From Mytilus edulis (Eukaryota), in the NCBI RefSeq assembly GCF_963676685.1, contig NC_092350.1:25668001-25732000 (forward strand): DNA of 64,000 nucleotides, read 5' to 3'. Positions 29,301 to 41,400 of the stretch are shown here, piece by piece. The notes under the pieces were generated by a model, which did no database searches, was not told the DNA's origin, and was given only the letters and a program-made list of their open reading frames with translations. How positions within the stretch are numbered: position 1 is the stretch's first letter; every line of letters starts with the position of its first letter. A program made the position numbers and the translations under genes.

Positions 29301-32300
29301 AAAGATAGTCTAGAAAACTTTCAATGCTATTTTTTTATTGTTTCTGTTAATCTTTCTAGAAAATTCATTGAAAAATGTAAAATAACAAAAATTCCTAACT
29401 CCAAGGAAAAGACCCTTATCAAATTGCAAAATCAAAAGCTAAAACACATCAATTGTCATATTCATAGTCATGACTTGGTACAGGCATTTCCTAATGTAGA
29501 TAATTGTGGGCTTACATGCTAGCTAAACCCCTTATATGACAGTCATATAAAATTCCATCAATTTGACAAAAATCTGTGTACAAAACAAAATGACATAATA
29601 GGTAAAAATGTCAAAAATTGGTACAGCAGTCAACAGTGTTATAATCTTAATCACTATGAAAATAAACAAATTTATCAACAAAGAAAATCAAAATGGTATA
29701 TATAATGAGCACATATGCAAAACAAAACAAATAAGGATACCAAACAATTACCATAACACAATAGCACAATGGGGGATGTATAAGTACCGAGGACCAGGAC
29801 GGTTAATTGGTAGTCATATTGTTGATTGTTGAATATAAAAAATAAGGAGATGGGATATAATTGCCAATGAGACAACTCTCCATCAGGGAACAAATGACAT
29901 AGAAGTTAACAATTGGTTTACCGGACGGCGTTCAACAATGTTTCTTTTATTTAATTGAAGTACATGTATAGCCCGTAGGTATTATAAGTCGTCTATGTCA
30001 CGGGGTTTGTCCCTCATGTTGTATGATGTGACAGAAGAATATATAAACGTACTTAGTTATAATCTCCTTTTCATTTATTATTTTTGTAGTATGCATTCGT
30101 GGGATAAATTCGCACGTTGTTTTTGTATATATAATAATTGCACTTACATTTGGTTTTTTATAATACGTCTCCATCTTATGTTCAATACCAAGTAGGTTCA
30201 ATTATTCTAGATTTTATCCCAATGGGTGACATGATCGAACGTTCAATTTTGTCTCATATCTGAAGGGTTACACGTAATGACCTATGTAAGAATCGTTGTT
30301 TGAATTTGAAAGAATTTCTCATTAACATTTTTTCTCATACCGAGTTTCCGGATAACAATGAAATAATGAAATTTTCCTCAAAATTTCAATAATAACGTCT
30401 TTCATATAGACTTTTTTCAAGTGTTTCATATTCAAAGACATGTAACTGTAGTTTAAGTTCTATGTTGATCAAGCAATGACATTTGCGTGCTTGTTCCGGT
30501 GTGTTGATTCCCAATTGACTTTAATCCTCTTGTGTTTCTTCCTCATTGATTTTTACTCTCTTGTGTCACTTCCTCGTTAACTTTAACTCTCTTGTGTCTC
30601 TTCCTCGTTGATTTTTACTCTCGTGTGTCACTTCCTAGTTGATTTTAACTCTCTTCTGTATCTTCCTCGTTGACTTTAACTCACTTGTGTTTCTTCATTG
30701 TTGATTTTAACTCTCTTGTGTCTCTTCCTCGTTGACTTTAACTCTTTTGTGTCTCTTTCTCATTGACTTTAATTCTCTTGTGTCTCTTCTTCGTTGATGT
30801 TTACTCTCTTTTGGGTCTTCCTCGTTGATTGTCACTCTCTTGTGTCTCCTCCTCGTTGATTTTTCTCTCTTGTGTATCTTCCTCGTTGATTTTTACTCTG
30901 GTGTCTCTTCCTCGTTGATTTTGACTCTCCTCTGTATTTTCCTCGTTGACTTTAACTCCCTTGTGTCTCTTCCTCGTTGACTCTATTTCTCTTGTGTCTC
31001 TTCTTCGTTCATTTTAACTCTCTTTTGTGTCTTCCTTGTTGATTTAAACTCTTTTGTGTATCCTCCTCTTTCACTATAAATCTCTTGTGTATCTTCCTCA
31101 ATAATTTAACTCTCTTAATTGTGTCTCTTCCTCCTTGATTTTTACTCTCTTCTGTATCTTCCTAGTTGACTTTATCTCCCTTGTGTCTCTTCTTTGTTGA
31201 ATTTAACTCTATTGTGTCTCTTCCTCGTTGACTTTAACTCTCTTGTGTCTCTTCCTCGTTGACTTTAACTCTCTTGTGTCTCTTTCTCGTTGACCTTTAC
31301 TCTCTTATGTATCTTCTCTGTTGACTATAAATCTCTTGAGTCTCTTCTCCGTTGACTTAAACTCATTTATGTCTCTTCCTCATTGACTTTAATTCTCTAG
31401 CGTCTCTTCCGTGTTGACTTTAACTCTCTTGTGTCTCTCCCTCGTTGATTTTAACTCTTGTGCAGCTTCCTCGTTGATTTTAACTCTTTTGTGTCTCTTC
31501 CTTGTTGACTTTAACTCTCTTGTGTCTCTTACTTGTTGAGCTTAACTCTCTTGTGTCTTTTCTTTGTGGACTTTAACTCTCTTGTGTCTCTTCTTTGTTG
31601 ACTTAAACTCTCTTGTGTCTCTTCTCTGTTGAATTTAACTCTATTGCGTATCTTCTTTGTTGATTTTAACTCTATTGCGTATCTTCCTTGTTGATTTTAA
31701 CTCTATTGTGTCTTTTCTTTTTTTACTTTAACTCACTTGTTTCTCTTTTTTGTTGACTTTAACTCTCTTGAGTCTCTTACTCGTTGACTTTAACTCTCTT
31801 GTGTCTCGTCCTCGTTGACTTTAACTCTCTTTGTGTCTCTTTTTTGTTGACTTTAACTCTCTTGTGCCTTTTCTCTGTTGACCTTAACTCCCTTCGGTCT
31901 CTTCCTCGTTGACTTTAACTCTCTTGTGTCTTTTCTTTGCTGACTTTAACTCTCTTGTGTCTCTTCCTTTTTGATTTTAACTCTATTGTGTCTTTTCTTT
32001 TTTTACTTTAACTCTCTTGTGTCTCTTCCTCGTTGATTGTAACTCCCTTGTGTCTCGTCCTCGTTGACTTTACCTCTCTTTTGTCTTTTCTCTGTTGACT
32101 TTTACTCTCTTGTGTCTCTTCTTCGTTGGTTGTAACTCTCTTGTGTCTTTTCTCTGTTGACTTTAACTCTCTTGTGTCTTTTCTCTGTTGACTTTAACTC
32201 ACTTGTGTCTCTTCCTCGTTGACTTCTTTAATTCTTTTGTGTCTCATCCTCGTTGTTGACTTTTGTCTCTTTCAATGTATAAATATACTTTAATTTATGA

Positions 32301-33527
32301 AAGTCCAAGCAATACTAGTATTATCATAATTTCGCTATTTCATTTAATGCTAATTTTTGTTTTTAATTTAAGTCATGAAATCGTGGATGAATTAAAATCC
32401 TATCTTTTAGATTATGATGAACAAATGATGTATTGGATTATTGATGAAAGTAATGAAATAAAATCAGCAAACTTTGATGGGACTAATATTAAAACGGTCA
32501 TGAACCTTAATGCACATGGCGGCAAATATGACAATATTGCCATTCGCATTTCTACAAGTTACATTTTCTTTACTGAATATGGCAAGTTATTTAGGATGAA
32601 TAAAACGACTGCGACCTCGCCAACTCTATTGTATACCGACACTAAAAGTATTAACAGCTTATATCTTTATGAACATACAGGTAAGAAACGTCATAAATTC
32701 AGTCTTGAAAGAAATGATATTTCGTAACAAATAACATTTGAAACTGTTTAGAAAAGCTCACTCGATGAAAGATTATTTTGTTTTAACAAATTTTTATTCG
32801 ACCGCATTTTGATATGATTTGTTTTTATTAATTATTATTCAATACTGGACAATAGTGATTTATGACAATGGTTATGGCAAATAAAATGCAAAAGGTGCTT
32901 CTTTGATCATTCATGTCAATTCTTTTAATCAAGTTCAAATCCAATGCTTTACCAAACTTTTATTATTTGTATTTCTGTGTACATATATTTTATTATAACT
33001 TTACGTTTTTGTTGATATGGCTTGAATTGCTTTGTATTTATATTCTAATTTATTTGCATGCTTTCAATGTTTTATACGTTTAGAATTAACGAAAGTATCA
33101 TTTTTCAATATTTTACAGTGTTATTTTCATTGAGTGACTATCATGATTGTATATTTGAATATCGATAAATATGTCTGTTTTATTGAGTATTGATTTTGAC
33201 ATTGACATATGACGTTCTTTAAATTTTGCAATTTAACAAACAGTAATGCAGATAGGGATATTCTAGATTGTACAATTTGTCCTTGCATTTGCAGGAGGAA
33301 ATATGCAGTCACTCCCATTCTTTACCTTTATTTGCAAGTGCATTCTATGTTCATTATGAGTGTCATATTTTTTTCAATATTGAAATAATTTGGTACATCA
33401 GAAATATCTTTAATACATTACTAAGTATAACTTATTTATCACCATTCCTTCAAATTCTTCTTGAAGTATGTTATACATCTTAGCAGACGCCACAAAAGAA
33501 GACAGAATTGATGAAACTTACATTTAA
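14335..33527 (+). CDS. LRP/nidogen-like YWTD (LDLR class B) beta-propeller protein; spliced, first coding exon not identified
   Basis: Phase-compatible AG/GT exons 14335-14506, 26346-26558, 27847-27962, 32411-32680 and a probable last exon 33487-33527 (stop, then ATTAAA at 33531). Motifs [74 protein letters not shown]. Joined length 812 nt keeps the frame (~270 aa). The last exon is less certain. Confidence 0.85.
16152..18010 (+). mobile_element. 5'-truncated Penelope-like element, second family (RT C-terminus plus long 3' UTR)
   Basis: 16152-16346 translates [27 protein letters not shown]...[23 protein letters not shown], homologous to the end of ORF 20346-21776; its 3' tail recurs at ~1115-1195, 9545-9650, 29370-29640, 35820-36120 and 39606-40238. 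Confidence 0.75.
16851..17602. mobile_element. TA-flanked MITE with palindromic subrepeats
   Basis: ~40-bp TIRs TGTTCCAGACCATATGAGTATTTGGACCGTACGCGTACGG and inverse; TA/TATA flanks; repeated palindrome GGACCGTACGCGTACGGTCC. Confidence 0.85.
18118..18668 (+). repeat. ~340-bp tandem repeat with degenerate minimal type I hammerhead ribozyme motifs (retrozyme/PLE-pLTR-like)
   Basis: Unit repeats from ~18119 and ~18460. Motifs GCGTCA-CTTGTGA-GTCT..AGAC-GAAA-TGCTGGTC-TGGC (18260-18301) and GCGTCA-CTGTTAA-GTCT..AGAA-GAAA-CGCGCGTC-TGGCGT (18600-18643). More decayed copies at ~8330-8440 and 13300-13770. Confidence 0.65.
19200..23640 (+). pseudogene. Penelope-like retroelement with RT and C-terminal GIY-YIG endonuclease, decayed and split by a nested insertion
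   Basis: [16 protein letters not shown]...RQLSDERF (19239-19364) resumes as YRK at ~22085; [17 protein letters not shown] and WFRFIDDI (22535-23014); [30 protein letters not shown] (23312-23620); multiple frameshifts and stops. Confidence 0.9.
19364..22086 (+). mobile_element. Penelope-like retroelement with N-terminal GIY-YIG remnant followed by RT (Naiad-type), 5'-truncated, one frameshift
   Basis: Frame from 19364 reads [35 protein letters not shown] (GIY-YIG C-terminal half). ORFs 19436-20383 and 20346-21776 carry [35 protein letters not shown] and FRYIDD. No endonuclease after the RT. 3' UTR ends GGTATCTTTCGTCCCTCTTTTA. Confidence 0.9.
25532..25925 (+). mobile_element. Possible non-autonomous Helitron/Helentron-type element
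   Basis: 5' stem-loop ACACCTGTGATATCGCGGGT and 3' AATTTTAGTATTATA end. Confidence 0.3.
26740..27490 (-). pseudogene. Old Naiad-type RT C-terminus and 3' UTR fragment
   Basis: ORF fragments [22 protein letters not shown] and [11 protein letters not shown]...[10 protein letters not shown] match the end of ORF 20346-21776. Confidence 0.8.
30515..32270 (+). repeat. 31-bp minisatellite, roughly 55 copies, consensus TTGACTTTAACTCTCTTGTGTCTCTTCCTCG
   Basis: Directly visible tandem array with diverged units; strongly pyrimidine-rich on +; intronic. Confidence 0.95.
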
Positions 33528-34982
33528 GACATTAAAAGTAAACTTTGAATCTTTCATGAATAGTTTTTGAAGAGTTATCCTTAATTTAATATAGTAATGG
33601 GGAAATAGCTACGAGATATATAAAAATTGTACAGCAAGTATGGTTCAATCTTGTCAAAATAAGAAACATTACTAATAATTCGACCACATCGAATCCGTAT
33701 TCATGTGACCTTTAATTCAACCCCTTATCTAGAGATTGATTACGCATAAATTATGCGTGTTCAGTTATTAAAAGGAAACACATGTCAACACTGAAAATGA
33801 AACAAAGGTAAATAATTTGATTGACTGATTTGATCGTCAAAACACCATTCTTATACATGTACAAATGATGATTTACATATATTGTTAACCTATAATATGA
33901 AATTAAACAGTCGTTGAAAAAATCGAATGTCCCGAAAATACAGACGAAACGTATATACATATTATCGAACCCATGTCTTGTTAGTTGGATTTTTTTAGAC
34001 TTTTTACAATTTGGATATACATTTACGTATGTTATAAATCAAGTACTATGAGAATTTGAGTCAAATCTGTGAACATGAATTCGACAGCATTGCATCTTAT
34101 ATTTGTTTTATGTGATTATTTTTTAACAATTCTCAATCGTGAATATGCTTTCATGTTACTATTTTATTTTTCTAATAATAGTGATAATATAAGTACTGTT
34201 TTGAAGTTTTGTATTGTTATTTTCCTTATTTCTTAATTCTTATTAAATCATTTATGATGGTTAAATGATATTGAATGTATATCTTAGTAAATGTATCAAC
34301 AAATTTAAACCAAATTGATTTCCTTGAAAGATAATATTTCTTCTTTCATTTCAATACCTTTTGTGTGAGCTTTAACGAAAGAAAAGACCACGAAGAATGT
34401 TCATCATTTTTATGTGATACGAAAGAAAGTTATTTGGAATAGTAAGTATTTTTGATATGGAAGAAACCAAAGCAGTTATTTGAAAAAGTGAGTTTTCCAC
34501 TTTGTCAATATGTCATCTTCTGCTTCTTTTTTACTATTTTTTACCTTAACTTGGCGTAATGAAATATACAAAACAGATATTGATTCATGTATTTTGAAAA
34601 CACACATTACGATTCTATGTTAAGGAAACCAAAGAATTATTTAAAGGTATTGTATAGCACAGATGCCTTATTTTATAATGCTACTGACTGAAAAACGCAG
34701 TATTTTGCCAACTTTATCAAACATTATTTGTTTCTAATTAAATTCTTGTTAATTATTTATTCTAAACTAATGAAAAACATCATGTTATGTAGCTGAAAAA
34801 AATCATGCTCATCCGAGCATACACCTTTTCTGGTGACTTCAAAATATAAACAACTTGAGACTTGTGAAATTTGAGAGACACACAAAGCTTTGAAATAGCA
34901 GTTTGACAATTTGAGATCTTTCATTATTATTAAATACCAAAACAGTGCATCAAATGAAGTGTATCTTAAAAAATAAACATGA

Positions 34983-35530
34983 TTTTTGTCGAGCCTGGAC
35001 TTTTGTCGCAGAAAGCTCGACATAGGGATAGGTATTCGGCGGCGGCGTTAGCTAACTTCTTAAAAGCTTTATATTTTGGAAGGACGAAGACCTGGATGAT
35101 CCATACTTTGTATATAGATGCCTCATGATACGAAGTTTCCGTCGGTCACATGTCCAATGTCCTTGACCTCATTTTCATGGTTCAGTGACTACTTGAAAAA
35201 TAGTTCAGATTTTTTGTTATGTTAAATTCTCTCTTATTATAAGTAATAGGATAACTATATTTGTTATGTTCGTACCTTCCAAGGTCCTCAAGCCCAACAG
35301 ACAGTTTTCATTTGACCACGACCTCATTTCCTGGATCAGTAAAGAAGGTTAAGTTTTTGGTGGTCAAGTCCATATCTCAGATACTATAAGCAATAGGTCT
35401 AGTATATTTGGCTGTAAGGTGTACAAGTCCAACTGGCAGGTGTCATCTGACCTTGACCTCATTTTCATGGATCATTAGTTAGAGTTAAGTTTTTGTGTTT
35501 TCGTCTGTTTTTCTTATACTGTATGCAATA
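34983..35530. mobile_element. Helentron/HINE-type non-autonomous element
   Basis: Terminal stem-loop TGTCGAGC...GCTCGACA, (GGC)n tract and internal TGACCTCATTTTCATGG repeats; related pieces at ~49480-49795, 52380-52880 and 63330-63635. Confidence 0.6.
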
Positions 35531-36911
35531 GGACAAAAGAGATGATTTCAGCTCCCTAATTGTGAATTTTCATTTTCAACTAAAAGTTCCAAATGGTGGA
35601 GTTGAAATCATCACTTTGTAAAGTTAAGGGACGCCATTACGAGTTGGTTGACCGTATGGAATATTCGTTTCACAAATTATATCGGATATATCGTAACTAC
35701 AATCCCGTTCCCCTTTTTTACGAATTTGACCTACCAAATTAGCCTATTTACCGCCTTTGTAATGACACGAACACCACCACGGGTGCCACGTGTGGAGCAA
35801 GATCTGTTTACCTTCGTGTTGCTGTTGTACCCGTATTTGTGACATTTTTACCTATTGAGTCTGTTTGTTTTGTTCACACATCGTTGTCAATATATTAGAA
35901 TTTGATGTGACAGTCATAAAAGTGAAGGATTTAGCTAGCTTTAAAAACAGGTTTAATCCACCATTTCCTACAAAAAAAAATGTCTGTACTAAGTCAGGGA
36001 TATGACAGTTGTTATCCATTCGTTTGATACGTTTGCGCTTTTGATTTAACCATTTGATTATTAGGGACTTTCTGTTTTGAATTTTCCTCCGAGTTCAGTA
36101 TTTTTGTGATTTTACTTTTATCCAAAATCATTAAGAAGACGACTTACTTTGTCATCACTCAATCATCAATCAAACACAATCAATTACATGTATGTTTTGG
36201 CTCAACATTGTTGTACATGTATGAAGAAGAAAAAGTTCTTATTAACTTGATCAAAAAAAGGTGAACTCCCACCACTACTTTTTTTACACAATGTACCGTA
36301 AGGATGTACATATTTCTGCTGTGACAGTAATATTTTTTCCGGAATGATCTTCGGACGAACAAATCGCCCGCGCAGAAATATATGGAACAGTTCATCGTTA
36401 ATAGACCTTTTTGTCCGCATTTTGCTACGACTGCATTACCTAATGCTGAATTAGTTATGGGTAGCTTTTGTTACGGTTCCTTCCAATACGTATCATTGAA
36501 GGGTTGTGTCATTTTTCATTTAGTATCCGAACCATTTGACATTGAAGGATTCTTTATCCTAAGACCTACCACGTAAAAACCTGAAGAATTTCTGTGCACC
36601 GGGATTTCCAAGATTCCTTGAACTTGACGCTTCATTTTTTTGTAAAACAAAACAGTTTTCTGATTAGTAGCTTTGTGTTGCCAATATGAAAGGTGACTAC
36701 GAACATTCGATTATAAATTCAATCTGTAAATCTTAAGAAAATGTTTATTTCTATTGGAAAATTCAAAAGCAATTATTGAGTCAACTGTTTATTGTTATTC
36801 TTTGCTTTATATGTTTTACGAACCATTTAGTCTGCGTTGAATAATACCTATAACATTGAACGATCGACCAACTTGTAGTATTGACACCCCACAATTGAAC
36901 AAACTCACTAG

Positions 36912-37954
36912 ATGGTTTGCTTGATGATGTCAAAATTAACAGAACTGAATTATCAAAAAGCAAACAGACCATTGAATGGATCTAATATCGACCCACGGAC
37001 CAAGTACAAAATGTATCTACAGAATCTCTCTTCGGGTTTTGATTCCAGCACAGTAAGTCCGATACATGGACCTGAGACGGAGCGTTCTCAGAATCAAACT
37101 TCAACTGATCGACGCTACAGGCAACCCCATTGCCAAAACAACTACGTGGCTTTTGTTGATCTATGTTTGCATTCCATCTTTTTGCAAGTAGACTGTTATC
37201 TTCAACAAATTTAATCTTCCTTCAGAAAACTGGGGAGTACTTATCCGTTGAAGGCTTACATAGATACCTTACTGAACATAGGTGCCAACGACTTCATTCG
37301 GCGTACCTCGTAATTTTTTAAAAAGATACGGCAGGTTATCACGACGACACTAACGTACAAACGGAATATACTTGCGCTCCAGATACACAGACGAGGGACG
37401 CATCTTGAATAATGGAATAGACAATTCACTCCAAGCAGTAATGTTCGCTCAATAGTCTATCGTTGAAGTTCTTCGGGAATGCGACTGTCTTGTACCCTGT
37501 TGTAGGCAGTCGCTTTAATACTGCCATCGTATCGGTGGGCGAATACAGTCACTGCGAGAACAATGTGTTCCAAAGTAAAGTTCAATCTATGTTAATTGTG
37601 GCACTCGTCAACAACGAAGCCTTCAACGGAAGTAATAATAGGTCATCGTTCAATTTCCAGGCGTACGACTGTGCTTTTGTGGGGGTTTTACATCGACGGA
37701 CAGACATTTCCAGCTAAACTTTTGCCGGCAAGAACTAAGTGGAAGTATAAAGGGGCCTGGCTGTTTTTACAAGTAACGTGTTTATCATTAATTTCCAATA
37801 CTCGGACACCAGGGATTTCAATACCAAGCGCAGATAATATTGTATTTTAGAACCTCGTTTTGGTAACACCCTACCTGAAAGCATCACTGAGCTCATGCAC
37901 GCTAAGCTTTCAACGATCATACACGTGGACCAATCCCACAGCGTCTTACTCTAA
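36912..37954 (+). pseudogene. Polinton/Maverick major capsid protein (double jelly-roll), disrupted
   Basis: Across frameshifts: TIEWI*YRP..RYMDLRRSVLRIKLQLIDATG..VAFVDLCLHSIFLQVDCYL..TYPLKAYIDTLL..FLKDTAG..NVFQSKVQSMLIVALVNNEAFNGSNNRSSFNFQAYD..FYIDGQTFPAK..LEPRFGNTLPESITELMHAKLSTIIHVDQSHSVLL*, colinear with Polinton MCP motifs. Confidence 0.85.
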
Positions 37955-38050
37955 AGAACAACTTAGAACTGGAAGAACTGTTACAAAACTATCCCGTACC
38001 GGCTGAAGCGCGAACATCGATCTCGTTGAGATGATCATCAACGATAATCT

Positions 38051-38170
38051 ATAATTATCGTTACGTCCATCGTCTGTCTGACAGTGCAAAACAGCATGAA
38101 CGAGCTGTGGATCACTCTACTGAGCATTGTCATAGGTTATTCTCTACCCAGTATCTCGCTGAGGAAAACA
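38051..38170 (+). pseudogene. Polinton-type small transmembrane protein remnant
   Basis: IIIVTSIVCLTVQNSMNELWITLLSIVIGYSLPS: two hydrophobic segments and a W..LL...GY.LP motif like the small membrane ORF of Polintons. Confidence 0.55.
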
Positions 38171-38200
38171 TCAGAAAGACTTCGGAGAAGACAGAGCATC

Positions 38201-38545
38201 ATGGGGTATCCATTTTTATCGTGCATGCGCATCATAGGGCAAACGAATTCTTGAAAAACGCCTTTTGTCTACATGTTATTGTAACAATTGGATGGCATGT
38301 ATGTCAAAGACCCGCAAGTAAAAGTGCTCTGTTGTTATGGCTACTCCAATCTCTCTTTGACAAGATGGAAGAGACAATACCTCGACTTACTTTTCACAAT
38401 GGCTTACCACGTGCACTGATGGAGACGAACGAGGAATTTATAGCTGATAACAGTTTACCGCTTGATCGTGTTGGATGACTTGATACATCGTGTGGTACGT
38501 AATGTCAACATGGAACTATTGTTCACACAGGGGTCGCATCACAGA
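38201..38545 (+). pseudogene. A32/FtsK-like genome-packaging ATPase of the Polinton, disrupted and C-terminally truncated
   Basis: YPFLSCMRIIGQTNS*KT (Walker A with TGA at 38252 in place of Gly), KVLCCYG, QSLFDKM, FHNGLP, Walker B LIVLDDL, LFTQGSHHR. Confidence 0.85.
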
Positions 38546-38559
38546 CCACTATATCCCGG

Positions 38560-41400
38560 AAGCTCGAATATCTCACCAAGTTCTTAAATCACGCCGTTTC
38601 TAGGCTGTTAAGATATCTTATGTCATGATTAATTGTTTTTGTCCATGATGGTTCCGCCGTATGAGCTCTTTCCTTCCAGTTTGGACGTATCGGCGATGAT
38701 GGCTTTATTAGAATGAAATCAACCATTCGACCGACGATTGTCACTCACTATCACAATGACAGCGATGCAGCGTAAATCAAATCACCTTAAAAAAAAATTG
38801 GAAACCTCCATACCGTGTTCCTAATACCATTTCAGCAGTGGAGTGGCAATCATTATTTGTCCAGAATCGTTTTCGTAACCCACTTATTAGAAGACAAGGT
38901 TTGTCAGAAAATTCGAATCGTCGGACATGATCCTGCATGTGTTCGCCGATAATATCGACCTCAACAGAGGTAGTATTCAAAAGTTGTCATGTTCGCAAGT
39001 TGAAAATGTGATGACTATACGCTGGAACTTGGATGTCGCATTCCATCATTCAAAAGAGTCGATCGTTCTAAACAACTTGGTGGTTTCCGGGAATTACAGA
39101 AGGCTTTTAAGATGTCGTCTCCTAGAATCTCGCCTTTCCTGGCCTGTCGTCCTTCGTGCTATTTCTGCTCTTTGACTGTCTTTGTTTTCTACAATTTTTA
39201 TCATGTCAGTCATATCCGTGAAATTGATACACGGTGTTTGATTGCGCATTGAATCCGTCCACCGGATAGGGACCGATCTTATTCTCTTTGCCCATGTTAA
39301 TTTGTGCTGGATATGAAGACCCTGTGTAATGTTAAGGTACTCCATCCAGTCATACATCAGAGCGTATTTATCTCTTGTTTTCTATCCTTCATCCAAACGA
39401 CGACGAACAAAGGCTCCAGTCGGCACTTCCTGGTCGATGGTCCACAGATAGAAAGACAAGGATTCTTCTGACATGGTTTTCCGGATTGTTCCGAAAGTAC
39501 GATAGTCCACTTTTGGTAGTGACGATAGAGAATGACGAACGGACCAACAGTTCAATTGTGTTTAACGGTGTGATATAGAGCACTATTGACTTCGGCGAAG
39601 AGGGCAAAAAAAAGTAAAATCACAAAAATACTGAACTCCAACGGAAAGTCCCTAATCAAATGGCAAAATCAAAGGATAAAACACATCAAACAAATGGACA
39701 ACAACTGTCATATTCCTGACTTGGTACAGGCATTTTCAAATGTAGAAAATGGTGGATTGAACCTGGTTTTATAGCGCTTAACCTCTCACTTGTACGACAG
39801 TCGCATCAAATTTAATAATATTAGGTAAAAATGTCACAAATAAAGATATAAAGTCTAATTCGGTAAGTCACATTCGTGCAAAGGGAACGGGGTTGTAGAC
39901 ACAAGGAACATATCCGATATCATCTATATAACAGATATTCCATAACGGTCAACCAACTCGTAAAATTTACGAAGTGATGATTTCAGCTTCCCAATGCTTC
40001 ACTCTTCGTCGTAAAGTTTTGTTTTCAACCAACCCTCATAGTCAATTTCTAGATATAAATCCTAATCAAGTGACAAAATCAAGAGCTCAAACACATCGAA
40101 CGAAGGGATAACAACTGTCATATTCCCGACTTGGTACAGGAATTTCCTATGTAGAAAATGGTGGATTGAACCTGGTTTTATAGCGCTAAATCTCTCTTTT
40201 ATGACAGTCGCATCAAATTCCGTTATTTTTAAAACGATGCTCCGGCTGTCGACTCATATTGAAGAACATACATCGTGCGAGTCAAGATACAAATATGGAC
40301 GATTTAAAAACGATTTCTTGCAAAACAGGCGTCGTTGTTGTTTCTTTGGAAGTGTTGTCTGAACCGTGAATGTCTAGTTGCTTGGCCAAGTATGATTTGA
40401 CCAGATGCATGTCGTACTAGGCCGAATTGAATCCCAAAACGACGGTTTGGATGCAGTAATCATCGAGGTTTTCCTTAAGCTTGAGAAAGACGTTTTTCAC
40501 CCTCTCGACGTGGTTTTACATTCTTCATCGTCCAAACATGCATCTAATTTATATTCATCGTCGTCGTCCTCCTCAAGGACAGCTCTCATTAGATGATATC
40601 TTGTTGTCGTACTGACATCGGGATTTGTAGACGGTAAAGGCTACACTATCATTCCATAATTGATAGACGTCGACGTTGGTCTTGAAGCAATGTTTGAAAT
40701 AGGCTATTTGATGTAGTGGTAAATCCTTGAATTTCTTGGCATCAGTTTTGACGTGTAGCTGTTTATCTAGAGCAAACTGGATTCATTTATCGGGCAGTCG
40801 TTTGGTGTGCAAATCCAGTTACAAAATATATATGTCCTTTGAGGACGGTCAGACATCGGAAATTGCAACTAGTTTCTTATTACTTTTATTCAGATCGATG
40901 ATCGATTTAGATGCAGTAATATACTCTGGTAACTGGTTGTCGATATATCACAAGGGATAGTTCAAATAGTATAGAACGAACCTGACGTTGGTGATCAGGT
41001 AGGATTTCCACTTCGCATAAGGTCGAAACGTTGAAGACTGAGTCGCAGTCATACACATTTGTACGTCTTAAAATGTAGATGAAACGCTGTAATAGAGATT
41101 CATTGGCATACCCTAAAAAATAGTGCTATTAAGACTGATTTTCTTGCTATAGTCGATTTGTTTTGCCTGTTCCATAAGTTGTGGGACAGTGAGGTCGCTG
41201 GTCAGTGGGACGATATACGTAGAAGAACTTTCCTTTCGATTCTATAAATGAGAGGTGCATTTCTTTTTTTAAACTGTCATCATCGTCGATTTCCCATGGT
41301 GCTTGGTCGAGATTTAATGGCACCAGCTCCTATCTGTTTATGTTCCTTCATGCTGTACTGTTGACTTCTGTCCGGAAATTGGGAAGTGCACCAGAGACAC
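38560..41400 (-). pseudogene. Protein-primed DNA polymerase B (pPolB) of the Polinton, disrupted and interrupted at ~39606-40238
   Basis: Minus strand, in order: RPYAKWKSYLITNVRF (~41000), LPEYITASKSII, exonuclease-II VVLGFNSA*YDMHLVKSYL (~40390-40445), LYLWTIDQEVPTGAFVRR (~39400-39455), IQHK..KIGPYPVDGF..NTVYQFHG, MECDIQVP, IGEHMQ, KWY*EHG, motif B IIADTSKLEGKSSYG (~38655-38700). Motif C (DTDS) not seen. Confidence 0.85.

Noticed and set aside
30515-32270. 31-bp repeat as a CRISPR array
   Set aside because: Units are contiguous with no unique spacers; eukaryotic intron; no cas genes
38107-38478. 123-aa ORF as an intact protein
   Set aside because: Only its last third is in the ATPase frame; the rest is an off-frame read of decayed Polinton genes
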